Shown: positions 10,645-21,242 of the stretch, one piece after another | Position numbering within the stretch: the stretch's first letter is position 1 | How the letters are laid out: every line of letters starts with the position of its first letter | Source: a virus | Length of the DNA stretch: 64,000 nucleotides | Virus record (IMG/VR): IMGVR_UViG_3300000970_000007 | Coordinates: 25,311-89,310 of that record | Reading direction: 5' to 3' (one strand) | The notes under the pieces: generated by a model | Databases searched by the model: none | Told to the model about the DNA's origin: nothing | What the model saw: only the letters and a program-made list of their open reading frames with translations | Program-made: the position numbers and the translations under genes

Positions 10645-11302
10645 TCAAGCTTATATAACTTTTTTACAGTTAGCTAATAGGAATCTAACAAATGATAATA
10701 TAAGTGTAGATAAACCTAGATTTGTATTACTTTTTAATAGAATACAAAATGCTTTTGTAGAATGGTTGTTAGAAAAGTCTAATCAAGATGATGTAAGAGA
10801 CATACAGAAGTTATTGGTTTTAGATAAAACGCTTATCAAGAATAGAACAGTAGATAACCATGTAGACTTTAAATTACCAGAAGATTATTTTAATTTTTCA
10901 AATCTTAAAATATATGCTTCTAAAGATAATTGCAAAGACATAAAGATATCTTCTTTTGAAATAAAGAATCAAGATGTAGAAGAGCTTTTATCTGATGAGT
11001 TTAATAAACCTTCTTTTGAATTTAGAGAAACTTTTTACACTGTATCTAGCGATAATATTTCAATATACCTTGATGATTTTACTATAGACAAATCTAAACT
11101 ATCTTATTACAGGTATCCTCAGCAAATAAATATGTCAGGTTATATAGACATAGAAGGTAATGCATCTGTAGACATTGACCCAGAATTTGATGATAAAGTA
11201 GTTAATAAAATATTACTAGCTTGTAGTAAAGATTATGCAAGTAATAATAGCGATAGTGCAAAATATCAATTAGATAAAGATAGACTTTTTAACGAGTTAT
11301 AA
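10634..11302 (+). CDS. putative head-tail connector / ring protein
   Basis: 222 aa; size, position and C-terminal YYRYP...DPEF pattern resemble crAss-like ring proteins. Confidence 0.55.
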   Translation: MTINQAYITFLQLANRNLTNDNISVDKPRFVLLFNRIQNAFVEWLLEKSNQDDVRDIQKLLVLDKTLIKNRTVDNHVDFKLPEDYFNFSNLKIYASKDNCKDIKISSFEIKNQDVEELLSDEFNKPSFEFRETFYTVSSDNISIYLDDFTIDKSKLSYYRYPQQINMSGYIDIEGNASVDIDPEFDDKVVNKILLACSKDYASNNSDSAKYQLDKDRLFNEL

Positions 11303-11332
11303 TTAAAAAATAAATAATAAAATAAACAACAA

Positions 11333-13312
11333 ATGATTCATAGACCTTATGACAGAGCCTTCGTTATTATCGGAGGAGCAGTTAAGCAAACAGGAGGATC
11401 TCTTAATTTAGCAAAGGGACAGTTGGCTTTAACTAACCTAAAGGAGACGAGTAAAGACGGTAGTAAAGTTATCAGCTCTTTATTAGGTTTTCCAAAAGAT
11501 TCAAAATCTTTAACTTTAAGAGCAGGTATTGATGCTAAAAAACCTAACAGAACTTATAGTAATAAAGCACAGGAAACTGAACTTTTCTCTTTAGATGAAG
11601 TAGTTTCTTTAACAGTTTCAGCTCCAGAAAAGAAAGAATTAACAAATGACGAAGTAATTTTAGGTTACAACGGAATTGATGATATTACTTCTTTTGATTT
11701 ACAAACAGGAGATATTTACAAAGCTGTTTCTATTGAACTTGAAGGAGATGTTATTTCATACTTAGGTGGAGGTAAATCTGTAGAAAGAATTACTCAACAT
11801 TTTGAAGTTCCAGATTGTAATACAATTGATAATTGTGTAGCATGTGATAACTGTGCTGACATTGATTGTAAAGAATGGACTATAAATGTAATAGAATCTT
11901 TAAAAAGACATCAGCTTACAGGCGGTAGAGAATTAAAAGATTTAGTAGACATTACTCCTATTTTCGAATGTGATACAGCAGCTGTATTGACAGAGATACC
12001 TTATGACTGGTCTTGTTTAGAATTATGCGACACAGGAGATGCAGAGGCTTTAGCTTTAGTACAAGCGCAATACCCTGCTTTAGACGTAAAGAGAGTTGAA
12101 AGAAATGGAGTTATTTCTAAGTATCAAGTATTAGCCCCTCAAGCAGATGGTTTACCAGCTGATTTTACTCAAAGTATTGCTTCTTTATTAAAAGGATGTG
12201 AGGCTTGTCCAACAGGGTATACTGAAGTACCAGGAGGTATTATCTATGCTATTTCTTTAGAAGATGATGGAGCTGATTCAACAGCTACTATTCAAGCTTT
12301 ACCAGGAGCAGTAGCAGGAACCGCTAAAAAAGCAGAAGGGCAAGATGCAGGTTTAAGTTTCTATACTGTTGTTTTAGACAATGAGTTGACAGAAGCTGAG
12401 GTAGTTACATTTGTAACCGCTAATCCAACAAGTACTGTTGAAAAAATTGGTGAAGCAGATTCTATTTGTAGTAATGCTACTGTAACTACTGAATCATGGG
12501 TTAATTGTGGAACATGTAACGTAATCGAAGAGTCTTACGAATTAACTTTACCAGATACAGAATGTGGTAATGATCGTCTTGCAGAAGTTCAAGCAGCATT
12601 CCCTGAATTAACAGTAGCTTTAGAAGGTACTACAGGAGGATGTCAGACTAGATATATTGCAACAGTTATTTCAGATATTGTTTGTGATGAATGTGATGAT
12701 ATTTTCAAAGCACTGTTTAAGACAGAAGCTCCTGAATCTTATGAAGGACGTCAGTGGAAATTTTCAGCAGTAAATGCTACAAACTCTCCATCTGGAAATT
12801 GTAAGTGTGGAATTAGATTTAAAGCTAAGCCTTTTACTTTAACAGCAGGAGAATGTTTCAGAGATGATATTAATTTTACTGAGGATTCAGTTAGAATTAG
12901 AGTTTCTGGAGGGTATCCAACTGAGATTAGAGAAGGTATTGGTAGAACAAGTAAAGATATTTTCCACATGGAATATGTAACACGTTACTCTCCAAGAACT
13001 CACGTAGGTGGACGTATCCAACATTTTGAAGAAAATGATAGATTACACTTTAGAGGAGAAACGGGACACGGAGGAGCATTAAAACGTTTATTGAGAGGTA
13101 CTGAGTCTAGTATTGATCAAAACAAACAATATGTCGATTATGCTTTAACAATTAGACCTACTAACTATGCTCAGTCTAATTCTTTACAACACAGTAATAC
13201 AACTACTTATCATTTTTATGTGGAAGTAGGTAGGCATGCAGATGTAGAAGCTTTATTAAATAAAGTTGCCGCGTCAGCAGGTGTTAGCGGAGTTCAAGCT
13301 TTCGGAGCTTAA
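11333..13312 (+). CDS. Cys-rich virion structural protein (possible auxiliary capsid protein)
   Basis: 659 aa with many CxxC-type clusters (CVACDNC, CEAC, CGTC, CDEC); followed by a terminator. Confidence 0.55.
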   Translation: MIHRPYDRAFVIIGGAVKQTGGSLNLAKGQLALTNLKETSKDGSKVISSLLGFPKDSKSLTLRAGIDAKKPNRTYSNKAQETELFSLDEVVSLTVSAPEKKELTNDEVILGYNGIDDITSFDLQTGDIYKAVSIELEGDVISYLGGGKSVERITQHFEVPDCNTIDNCVACDNCADIDCKEWTINVIESLKRHQLTGGRELKDLVDITPIFECDTAAVLTEIPYDWSCLELCDTGDAEALALVQAQYPALDVKRVERNGVISKYQVLAPQADGLPADFTQSIASLLKGCEACPTGYTEVPGGIIYAISLEDDGADSTATIQALPGAVAGTAKKAEGQDAGLSFYTVVLDNELTEAEVVTFVTANPTSTVEKIGEADSICSNATVTTESWVNCGTCNVIEESYELTLPDTECGNDRLAEVQAAFPELTVALEGTTGGCQTRYIATVISDIVCDECDDIFKALFKTEAPESYEGRQWKFSAVNATNSPSGNCKCGIRFKAKPFTLTAGECFRDDINFTEDSVRIRVSGGYPTEIREGIGRTSKDIFHMEYVTRYSPRTHVGGRIQHFEENDRLHFRGETGHGGALKRLLRGTESSIDQNKQYVDYALTIRPTNYAQSNSLQHSNTTTYHFYVEVGRHADVEALLNKVAASAGVSGVQAFGA

Positions 13313-13337
13313 TTAGATTTTAATAACCTTTAAATAA

Positions 13338-13374
13338 ATAGGGGAGGTGCTAAACGCTCTCCCCTTTATTTTTT
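13338..13374 (+). terminator. rho-independent terminator
   Basis: GGGGAG / CTCCCC stem followed by a T-run. Confidence 0.75.
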
Positions 13375-14841
13375 ATGAGTGATAGATACGAAAAAAGTAA
13401 TAATGCACTTCTTAAATGTATAAAGAAAAATACAGCTAATAGTGGCGAGGTAAATATAGATACTTCTTCTTTAGCAACAGAAGCAACGTTACAACAAGTA
13501 CTTACAGTACTAACTAATATTGAATTAAATACAGATGATTTAAAAACTGATTTTCAATCAGTAATAAATATTCTTACTGATATAGAGTTAGATACTACTG
13601 CTATTGAAACAGCTTTAGGTACAGTAATTACAGAAATACAAAATGGTAATACTGCTAACGCTACTAATCTTACTAATTTATTAGCTAGCTCTAATAATAT
13701 ATTAGGAGCTGTTACTACTAGTAATACTATATTAGGTAATTTAATTACAGCTGTACAAACTGCGGATACTAATAATGTAGATGCTATAAATGATTTACAA
13801 TTAGAATTAAGCCTTTTATTAAATGAAATTGCAGTATCTACTGATTCAATAGATATGAATACTGCAAACCTTGAAACAAGTCAATTAGATATTCAAGACG
13901 CAATTAATAATAACACAACTTTAACGGTATCTGAATTACAAGATATTGAAGTATTATTAACTACTATTTCTGGAGATTTAGTAGATATTGAAGTTATACT
14001 TACAGCTCAACAAACAGTTTTAGGTAATATATTAACAGCTATTCAGACAGCAGATGTTAATAATACTAATTCTTTATCCGCTTTACAAACAGCTTTACTT
14101 GCTGACATACAAGACTTATTAACTCAGTTAATAGCCATAAACGCAAATACAGATAGTCTTGAAGCAGGGCAAACAGTTATTGAAACAGCAATAAATAATA
14201 ATACTACTCTTACAGTTACAGAATTACAAGATATTGAAGCAGCTGTTAATAATTCTATAACAGAATTACAATCAATAAATACAACGTTAACAGCTCAACA
14301 AACTTTGTTAGGTAATGTAATTACAGAAATACAAGGAGTTACAACTGCAATAGTAGATTTACAAACTGCTATGCAAACTGATTTAGCAACAGTAATTACT
14401 TTACTAACTTCAGTAGACAGTAACACAGATGGTTTAGAAGCAGGACAAGTTACGATAACTAATGCTATAAATAATGGTACTACTCTTACTGTTACTGAAC
14501 TTCAAGATATTGAAACAATTCTTGGAAACTCATTAACTCAACAAACTGCTACTGTAACAGAATTAACAACTGCCAACACTACTTTAACTAGTATTTTAGC
14601 AGCACTTACAGGTACTCAAAACTTAGAAAAAACAGAAGAAAGAGCTACTGGTACAAATACTTACACAGCTCCTTTTAGAAGCCTTACAATTACTGCTATC
14701 AGTAGCGATGTAGTTGTAGATGGAGTAGCTTACCCAGAAGGATTTACTGCAACAAGAGGTTCTAATGAAAAAGAAGTTCATACGCAAAACGTCACAGTTA
14801 CAGGTACAGATTATATCATTACATTAATTAAAAACATATAA
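13375..14841 (+). CDS. coiled-coil repeat fibre or stalk protein
   Basis: 488 aa rich in T/L/N/I/D, with 92-96 aa internal repeats and a small beta-rich C-terminal domain. Confidence 0.6.
   Translation: MSDRYEKSNNALLKCIKKNTANSGEVNIDTSSLATEATLQQVLTVLTNIELNTDDLKTDFQSVINILTDIELDTTAIETALGTVITEIQNGNTANATNLTNLLASSNNILGAVTTSNTILGNLITAVQTADTNNVDAINDLQLELSLLLNEIAVSTDSIDMNTANLETSQLDIQDAINNNTTLTVSELQDIEVLLTTISGDLVDIEVILTAQQTVLGNILTAIQTADVNNTNSLSALQTALLADIQDLLTQLIAINANTDSLEAGQTVIETAINNNTTLTVTELQDIEAAVNNSITELQSINTTLTAQQTLLGNVITEIQGVTTAIVDLQTAMQTDLATVITLLTSVDSNTDGLEAGQVTITNAINNGTTLTVTELQDIETILGNSLTQQTATVTELTTANTTLTSILAALTGTQNLEKTEERATGTNTYTAPFRSLTITAISSDVVVDGVAYPEGFTATRGSNEKEVHTQNVTVTGTDYIITLIKNI
13840..14540 (+). 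repeat. three copies of a 92-96 aa repeat containing AINNxTTLTV(S/T)ELQDIE
   Basis: Motif copies start at 13906, 14194 and 14470 (spacings 288 and 276 nt). Confidence 0.85.
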
Positions 14842-14845
14842 TTAA

Positions 14846-16564
14846 ATGTTAACAGGACACGGTTTTAATAGAATACCTACTTGGGCAGAAACTCTTTTAA
14901 AAGGAGATGTTTCAGGAGGAACAAGTCCTAAATTATCAGATGGTGATAGATTAGAAGCTGTTAATGGTTTATCGTATTACGATCCAAGATACACAAACAC
15001 AGATGGTGTTGGTAGATTGCATGCTGACGAAATCCTTTATATAAGCACGAATTTTCGTAAAAAAATAATAATAGGTCATGATACTAATTCAGGCGCAGCT
15101 GATATACCACCTACTTGGCAAAGTGGGATATCCACATATAGTCAAGTTCAAATAAACAACGTTAATTTTAGAGGTCAATTTTCAATAGGTACAGGTATTC
15201 AAACAAGTTCAAATATAATAGGGATAGGTAGTGAATATATTGAAATTCGTTGGGGAAATTTTTGGTTGCAAAATAATGACACCACCAACGGAGGTCAAAC
15301 TATTCTATCAAGGAGTTCAAAATTTAATATAGCAGACATTAGAGGCGAGTCAATTTTGACTGCTAGATCAATATCAACGACGAGAGAAAGAATATTAGAA
15401 GTACCAATAACATTAGAAAGTACTTCAGATAATTCAAGTACAGCACAAACAATAAGCAGATTTATTTTAAATCATAATTACTGGAATAAATCAATTGGAG
15501 ATTCAACAGGAGCTGCAATAAGCTCTCCTTTTCAAATTGTAAGCACAAGGTTTGAAGACCCAAATAATTTAGGAAATTACAAAGGTCGAACAGACATATC
15601 TTATGCTGGAAACATTGCTTTGAAAATATTCGAAAATAGTGATATTCAAACAGAAAAACTTGGAGTGGGTATTACACCTTCAGTTTATCAATTGGATGTA
15701 ATTGGCAATTCAAGGTTTGATAGTCAAGTTTTATCAACAACTACTGATTCAATATATTTCGGAAAAACAATAGATGGTCACACAATAAACGAAACTGCTA
15801 TAGGACATAGAGCTGGTAATTTAAACACTGGTAATAATTGTGTTTTCATAGGTAAAGATGCTGGTCAAAATAACACTAGAGGAGAATCAACTTCTATAGG
15901 TACTTTAAGTGGAAAAAACAATATAGGTTCTAGCATAACCTCTATTGGTTATAACTCTGGTAACGGAAATTCAGGTGATCTAGTAACTGCAATAGGGTAC
16001 GCTTCTGGTTTAAATAATACAGGTCGTGACTGCGTGTTTGTAGGTCACGGAGCAGGAGTTAATAACTCAAATATCGCTGTCACAGCTATTGGAAAAGGAG
16101 CAGGTAATGGAAATTCTGGTTCTAATGTTGCCTTATTTGGATTTGAAACTGGAAGAAATAACTCTGGTGTGTCTGTTGACGGTTTTGGTTATAGAAGTTG
16201 TTCTAATAATACAGGAGAAAGAGCTTCTGGCTTTGGATATTCTACATTACAAGATAATCAAGGAGATAATATATTAGCAGCAGGATTTAATGCTGGTAAT
16301 ACAAATATAGGAGATCAATGTGTGTTTTTAGGTACGGAAAATGGTAAGGACAACTCTGGTTCAAACGTTGTTTCTATAGGACATCAAGGTGGTATTTTTA
16401 ACGCAAAAAGTAACGCTTTTATAGTGTCAAACCTAACTTTACCAGAATATGCTGATAGAACTACTGCATTAGCAGATTTAACATTAGCAAATGGATGTGT
16501 AGTTTCCAATACCTATTTATATTATAATCAATCAAATGGAGTAATAGAAAGCGTTAGATTTTAA
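14846..16564 (+). CDS. tail or head fibre protein with YadA-head-like beta-roll repeats
   Basis: 572 aa; C-terminal half is 16-aa Gly/Asn repeats such as VTAIGYASGLNNTGRD. Confidence 0.7.
   Translation: MLTGHGFNRIPTWAETLLKGDVSGGTSPKLSDGDRLEAVNGLSYYDPRYTNTDGVGRLHADEILYISTNFRKKIIIGHDTNSGAADIPPTWQSGISTYSQVQINNVNFRGQFSIGTGIQTSSNIIGIGSEYIEIRWGNFWLQNNDTTNGGQTILSRSSKFNIADIRGESILTARSISTTRERILEVPITLESTSDNSSTAQTISRFILNHNYWNKSIGDSTGAAISSPFQIVSTRFEDPNNLGNYKGRTDISYAGNIALKIFENSDIQTEKLGVGITPSVYQLDVIGNSRFDSQVLSTTTDSIYFGKTIDGHTINETAIGHRAGNLNTGNNCVFIGKDAGQNNTRGESTSIGTLSGKNNIGSSITSIGYNSGNGNSGDLVTAIGYASGLNNTGRDCVFVGHGAGVNNSNIAVTAIGKGAGNGNSGSNVALFGFETGRNNSGVSVDGFGYRSCSNNTGERASGFGYSTLQDNQGDNILAAGFNAGNTNIGDQCVFLGTENGKDNSGSNVVSIGHQGGIFNAKSNAFIVSNLTLPEYADRTTALADLTLANGCVVSNTYLYYNQSNGVIESVRF
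15791..16414 (+). repeat. 13 tandem 16-aa repeats (xxxIGxxAGxxNxGxx)
   Basis: 208 aa span, equal to 13 x 16, read directly from the translation. Confidence 0.85.
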
Positions 16565-16587
16565 AATAAATATTTAAACTAAAAGAT

Positions 16588-16992
16588 ATGAAAGTTATAC
16601 ACATTAATAAAGACGTTGTCGTTTCACCAGCTAAACCACTGTTGAAAATGAACATAATGATACATGCATATAAGATTTTTGATGCAGGATTACAAATGAA
16701 CTTCGTAACATTAGATGCATACACATTTGAAGAAATAGAAGATGGAACTATAAATTCTAAAAGAAAGATACCTACTCTTACTCCAATGACAAAATCTATA
16801 TCGAGAGAAGAATTGAACTCTTTATATTCCACAATAGAACTACCGCAAGATTTTGAAGGAGATTTTATAGAAATTGAAGAATATAAATTTTTAGAACTTG
16901 TAAAAAAAGCAATTCTAGAAGATGAAGGTGGAGCTTTATTCGGTGTTGAAAAAACTGATTTATTAATAAAAGAACATCCATTACCTATTTAA
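16588..16992 (+). CDS. hypothetical protein (fibre-associated)
   Basis: 134 aa ORF following the fibre gene. Confidence 0.6.
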   Translation: MKVIHINKDVVVSPAKPLLKMNIMIHAYKIFDAGLQMNFVTLDAYTFEEIEDGTINSKRKIPTLTPMTKSISREELNSLYSTIELPQDFEGDFIEIEEYKFLELVKKAILEDEGGALFGVEKTDLLIKEHPLPI

Positions 16993-17025
16993 TAAAAAAT
17001 AAATAACAAATAAATAAAACCAAAA

Positions 17026-17325
17026 ATGACAGTAAAATTAGACGAAAAGATTTTAGACCTTGAAGGAAAACCAATGTTTAAAGACGAAACTAAGGAATTG
17101 GTGACTTTTAAAGACATAGTTAGTGTATCAGTAGCTAATTTTAAGACTAAAGAAGACAGTAAAGAAACAAGTCTTTCAAAAGGACAGCTTTCAGTAAAAC
17201 TAGCTGTAAGTAAAGAAGAAATAGAACTAACTTCTGAAGAACAAGTAATTATTAAAGATTGTGTTCATGGCATGGGCTATAGTAATTTAATATATTTTAG
17301 AATTGTAGAAATATTAGAAAAATAA
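17026..17325 (+). CDS. putative tail-fibre assembly chaperone
   Basis: 99 aa; LDLEGKP...IELTSEEQVIIK pattern resembles small proteins that follow fibre genes in phages. Confidence 0.4.
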   Translation: MTVKLDEKILDLEGKPMFKDETKELVTFKDIVSVSVANFKTKEDSKETSLSKGQLSVKLAVSKEEIELTSEEQVIIKDCVHGMGYSNLIYFRIVEILEK

Positions 17326-17333
17326 TAAAATAA

Positions 17334-18242
17334 ATGAGTTTAACAGGACATTCATATAATAGAAAAGATACACTTGCTAATACAACAAATAGTGGTGATG
17401 TACCTGCTACAGGAGGTTCTGGAAACAACAGTGCTGTATTAATTGTAAAACCAGATGGTTCTGGGTACGAAACTAAATTTGGTTTAACTGGAATAACAGC
17501 AATACCACCTATTGGTTTACCTTTTGCTTTCCCTAATATTGATTTCGGACCTAGTTTAGGAGATAGAGTACCCAATACACCTATTATATATAGTATTATT
17601 GATAATGGGGTACAAAATACTGTAACGTTTGTAAACTCTGTTAGTACATTATTTCTTATAAAAAATGGTATAAGAAGTACTGTAACAAGTTATGTTGCTA
17701 ATTTAGGTGAAATTGTTATAGTATATGAAGATATAAATGGAGATATTGTATTACAACCTATTGATACTAATAAAAACACTGGATGGTGGAATATAACAGA
17801 TACAACTTTTATACCAACTAATCCACAAACAATACCTGCAAACACAAGAACTAAATTAATAATTAATTCTGACAATGTTATTGAAACATATTCACCAAAT
17901 GGATTACCCGTTAGTGATATATATGACGATATAACTAACAAAATAACACCTTTATTAAACGGTGATTCATATATTTTTAGATTGTCTTTAACTGCAAATC
18001 CTACATTAAACAATAGAAATTTTACAATAGATTTAGATATTGGTGGTACACAAGGTATTGTATTTCAACGTTCGACTAGATTAGCAAGAGGTGCAGGAAA
18101 CGACACACAAATAAGTGTAACTAACTCGATATTTACTTTAAATACATTTGTAGCAAACGGAGGTGAATTGTATATAACTTGTGATGGTGAAGTAGATTTA
18201 ACAGATATTAGTTTATTCATACAAAAAATAACTTCCGCATGA
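17334..18242 (+). CDS. fibre or spike protein with C-terminal beta-sandwich (C1q/TNF-like) domain
   Basis: 302 aa; N-terminus shares LTGHxxNR with the 572 aa fibre; beta-rich C-terminal domain. Confidence 0.5.
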   Translation: MSLTGHSYNRKDTLANTTNSGDVPATGGSGNNSAVLIVKPDGSGYETKFGLTGITAIPPIGLPFAFPNIDFGPSLGDRVPNTPIIYSIIDNGVQNTVTFVNSVSTLFLIKNGIRSTVTSYVANLGEIVIVYEDINGDIVLQPIDTNKNTGWWNITDTTFIPTNPQTIPANTRTKLIINSDNVIETYSPNGLPVSDIYDDITNKITPLLNGDSYIFRLSLTANPTLNNRNFTIDLDIGGTQGIVFQRSTRLARGAGNDTQISVTNSIFTLNTFVANGGELYITCDGEVDLTDISLFIQKITSA

Positions 18243-19036
18243 TAAATATATATAAAAGTCCACAAAGTCAAATACTTTATATAGAAACTGTAACAGAAGG
18301 TCACGCAGAAGATTTTCAATATACCAGAGATACTGTTGACACTGATAAATTTACAATTGATAGAAAAAATACTAATATTATTGAAGTCAATAAAGCGTTG
18401 TATTCTACTTTTACAGGTAAAGATGTAAATGGTAATATTATAACATTTGCAGATGCTGATGAGTTTGAAACTTACTTAATAGCACAACTACAAATCGACC
18501 CAATTGGAGGTAATATTGCTTATGTAAATGCTACACACACTTATAAAGCATTTTCAAATTCACAAACTAATATAAACAATTCTACTAATTATGAACCTGC
18601 GCTATATAAAGCAGCTGTAGCAGGTACCTACGATATCTCTGTTTTTAGTCCAGTTGCAAATGGAGTACAGTTACTCAAAGATTTAGAAGACCTTACTATA
18701 ATTGCTAGTATATTTGTAATAGATAATGTAGGACAAAGAACAAGTTTAGGGGTTTCAATAACTATTGACGGAGTTGTTTCTACAATTGAAGATACAGGTT
18801 ATATAAGAAGAATATCAGGTTCAAATGAAGATTTACATCAAGTAATAGAAACATTTCCTAGTTTATCAGCAGGAACAGTAATAACAGTAAGTAAACGTAG
18901 ACAAGGAGTAGCATCTACTAACGCTAATGGTATAGAAGATAAAGGTATACTTTCTATACAAGGAGTTGAACCAGATCAAGGAACAGTAATAACAGGACTA
19001 CCTGCTCCAGTAATAACATCAATAAGTTTAGCATAA
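18239..19036 (+). CDS. putative virion protein (beta-rich)
   Basis: 265 aa; ends PAPVITSISLA, in frame with the next ORF. Confidence 0.55.
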   Translation: MINIYKSPQSQILYIETVTEGHAEDFQYTRDTVDTDKFTIDRKNTNIIEVNKALYSTFTGKDVNGNIITFADADEFETYLIAQLQIDPIGGNIAYVNATHTYKAFSNSQTNINNSTNYEPALYKAAVAGTYDISVFSPVANGVQLLKDLEDLTIIASIFVIDNVGQRTSLGVSITIDGVVSTIEDTGYIRRISGSNEDLHQVIETFPSLSAGTVITVSKRRQGVASTNANGIEDKGILSIQGVEPDQGTVITGLPAPVITSISLA

Positions 19037-19900
19037 ATGAATATAACATTAAATCATAACGTAACAGTTGATATTAAAATAGAAGGAGGTTATATGACAA
19101 ATGCATCTACTGTAACTATAGTAGGTCAAATGGCAGGTAACCCTAATTTAACTGTAAATAATATTTATGAAATAGATGACGACTATTTATTATGTAATAT
19201 TACAACAAACGCTATTGATGGTTTGTATGATGTGATTGTTACAAATGAAACAGGAACTACTACTTTTACAGGAGGTATTGAAGTAGAACTTTCAGTGTGG
19301 GAAGATTTAAGGTTAGGAGGAACAACTTTAACTGTTGGTACAGATGTTAGAATGCAAAGTGCTTTAACAATGCAACGAGACACATCAGGAATATCATTTA
19401 CTGGAGCTAATCCTTGGGAAAGTTGGGTAAAAATGGAAAAGTACCAATTTAGCAGAGCCAGTAACAGTACTTTACAATGGATTTTTACAGGACCTACTAC
19501 TAATATGATGATAGGTATAGGTTCTACAGCAACAAATGAAGCTAGTACATTGCAGTTTTCTCAAGCTGAAAATGAAGCTTACTTTAACTCAGCTACTTCT
19601 TTTTGGGGGTTATATGGTAACAACGGAACTATTGGTACTGCTGGAAATCAAAATCAAACTACAGGAATTACAAATGGAGCAGTATATAAAATAAAATTTA
19701 CAAATAGCGGTTCAGTTGGAGGAGAGTTTACACTTTACCAGTTACCAAGTGCTAATCAAGGTGATTGGGATGATGAAAGTAATATTATAGTATCTATGAC
19801 TATTGGAGGAACTCTAAACCCTGATGAACCTACCTTAATGCCTTTTATTATTCCTAGAAGTGCTTCTACTCAACGTTTTATAGCTTTAAAAATTGAATAA
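19037..19900 (+). CDS. putative virion protein with IPT/TIG-like and lectin-like domains
   Basis: 287 aa; N-terminal Ig-like strands (YDVIVTNETG) followed by a Trp/Gly/Asn-rich beta domain. Confidence 0.5.
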   Translation: MNITLNHNVTVDIKIEGGYMTNASTVTIVGQMAGNPNLTVNNIYEIDDDYLLCNITTNAIDGLYDVIVTNETGTTTFTGGIEVELSVWEDLRLGGTTLTVGTDVRMQSALTMQRDTSGISFTGANPWESWVKMEKYQFSRASNSTLQWIFTGPTTNMMIGIGSTATNEASTLQFSQAENEAYFNSATSFWGLYGNNGTIGTAGNQNQTTGITNGAVYKIKFTNSGSVGGEFTLYQLPSANQGDWDDESNIIVSMTIGGTLNPDEPTLMPFIIPRSASTQRFIALKIE

Positions 19901-20757
19901 TGAACAGATCAGAAAAATATATAGATAATCTATTAGACTCAGGAGATTTAGATCAATTAGAAGTAGTCAGTAATGGAGTACATTACTTAAAAACACTTGT
20001 TACTAAAGGAGCACAAACTAAAGATATAACTTCAATAAATTATAAAACAGAATTAAAATCTGGTATAAGATTAAATCCTGTTTTCGACTTTAGTAATGAT
20101 GGGTTATTAGAACAAACAATTTATTACTTTGAAGATAAACCTGTTCTTAAAGCTAGTGAGTTTTATACTTATAATCAAAAAGATCTAGAAAACGATCAAA
20201 TGATGTTAAGTAAAAAAGGAATTCATAGCAGAAATAAACTATGGGAGTACTACTTTGAAGATGGTACTTTAGATACTTCAGATACAGACGCTGGAAGAAC
20301 AGGTGAAGATAGACTAACATCTAAAGAAAAACCTAAAGTATATGAAACAGTTATACAAGGTTTAAAAGTAGGTAATAAAAGAAGAGAAGTAATACAAATG
20401 GCTTTGTCAGAAAGAGCAGGTATATGTATGATTCTTTTAGGTATATTTCCGTCAGCTAAAGAAGTTCAAGAAGAAATGAGGTTACTATCAGCTAAATATT
20501 CTGCAGGGTTTCAAGAATATCAAAAATACGGTACAGAAGGTATTATAGATAGTATATTAAATGATAATACATTTTCATGGATGAATACAATGTTTCCTAC
20601 TAATGTACAATTAGATCAAATGGAACAAGCTCAAATGATTAGTACAACTCAAAAAACTGTTATATTATCTATGATAGATTTATATGAGTTACAAGATATA
20701 CAAGGAATGACTATTAGAAACTATATGATTGAAAAATTAAAAGGAAATATTAACTAA
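19900..20757 (+). CDS. hypothetical protein
   Basis: 285 aa ORF coupled to the upstream gene. Confidence 0.6.
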   Translation: MNRSEKYIDNLLDSGDLDQLEVVSNGVHYLKTLVTKGAQTKDITSINYKTELKSGIRLNPVFDFSNDGLLEQTIYYFEDKPVLKASEFYTYNQKDLENDQMMLSKKGIHSRNKLWEYYFEDGTLDTSDTDAGRTGEDRLTSKEKPKVYETVIQGLKVGNKRREVIQMALSERAGICMILLGIFPSAKEVQEEMRLLSAKYSAGFQEYQKYGTEGIIDSILNDNTFSWMNTMFPTNVQLDQMEQAQMISTTQKTVILSMIDLYELQDIQGMTIRNYMIEKLKGNIN

Positions 20758-20781
20758 ATTAAAACATAAAAATAAAAATTA

Positions 20782-21231
20782 ATGCAAAATATAATTTTAA
20801 GTTTAAAGACCCACTGTTTATCTATATTAACCGTTTTTTTAACTTTTATATCTCCTATATATGGGTTATTTTTAATAGTAGGGATTGCTGTGATCTTAGA
20901 CACAACCTTTGGTATATATAAAACATTAAAATTAGAGGGGTATAAAGGAATAGAAAGTAATAAACTATTCAACATAGCTGTTAAAACATTTTTTTATATG
21001 GGGTCAATGTTGTTAGGGTACGTTGTGAGCATATATATAACAGAAGGGATTTTATTCGGAATTGATTTTTTTGTTCCAAAATTTCTTTGTGTGTTGTGGA
21101 CATCCATAGAATGTAAAAGCATGGATGAGACAAATATTAAACTTGGAAACAAGTCAATAATAGAGCATATAAAAAAAATGATTAAAGGGTTTAAAAACTT
21201 TAAAAAAGACATAAACGAAATTAAATCTTAA
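20782..21231 (+). CDS. holin (phage holin family 4_1-like)
   Basis: 149 aa with several hydrophobic helices, ILDTTFGIYK...IESNKL motif and a basic C-terminus. Confidence 0.7.
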   Translation: MQNIILSLKTHCLSILTVFLTFISPIYGLFLIVGIAVILDTTFGIYKTLKLEGYKGIESNKLFNIAVKTFFYMGSMLLGYVVSIYITEGILFGIDFFVPKFLCVLWTSIECKSMDETNIKLGNKSIIEHIKKMIKGFKNFKKDINEIKS

Positions 21232-21242
21232 AGTAAATAAAA

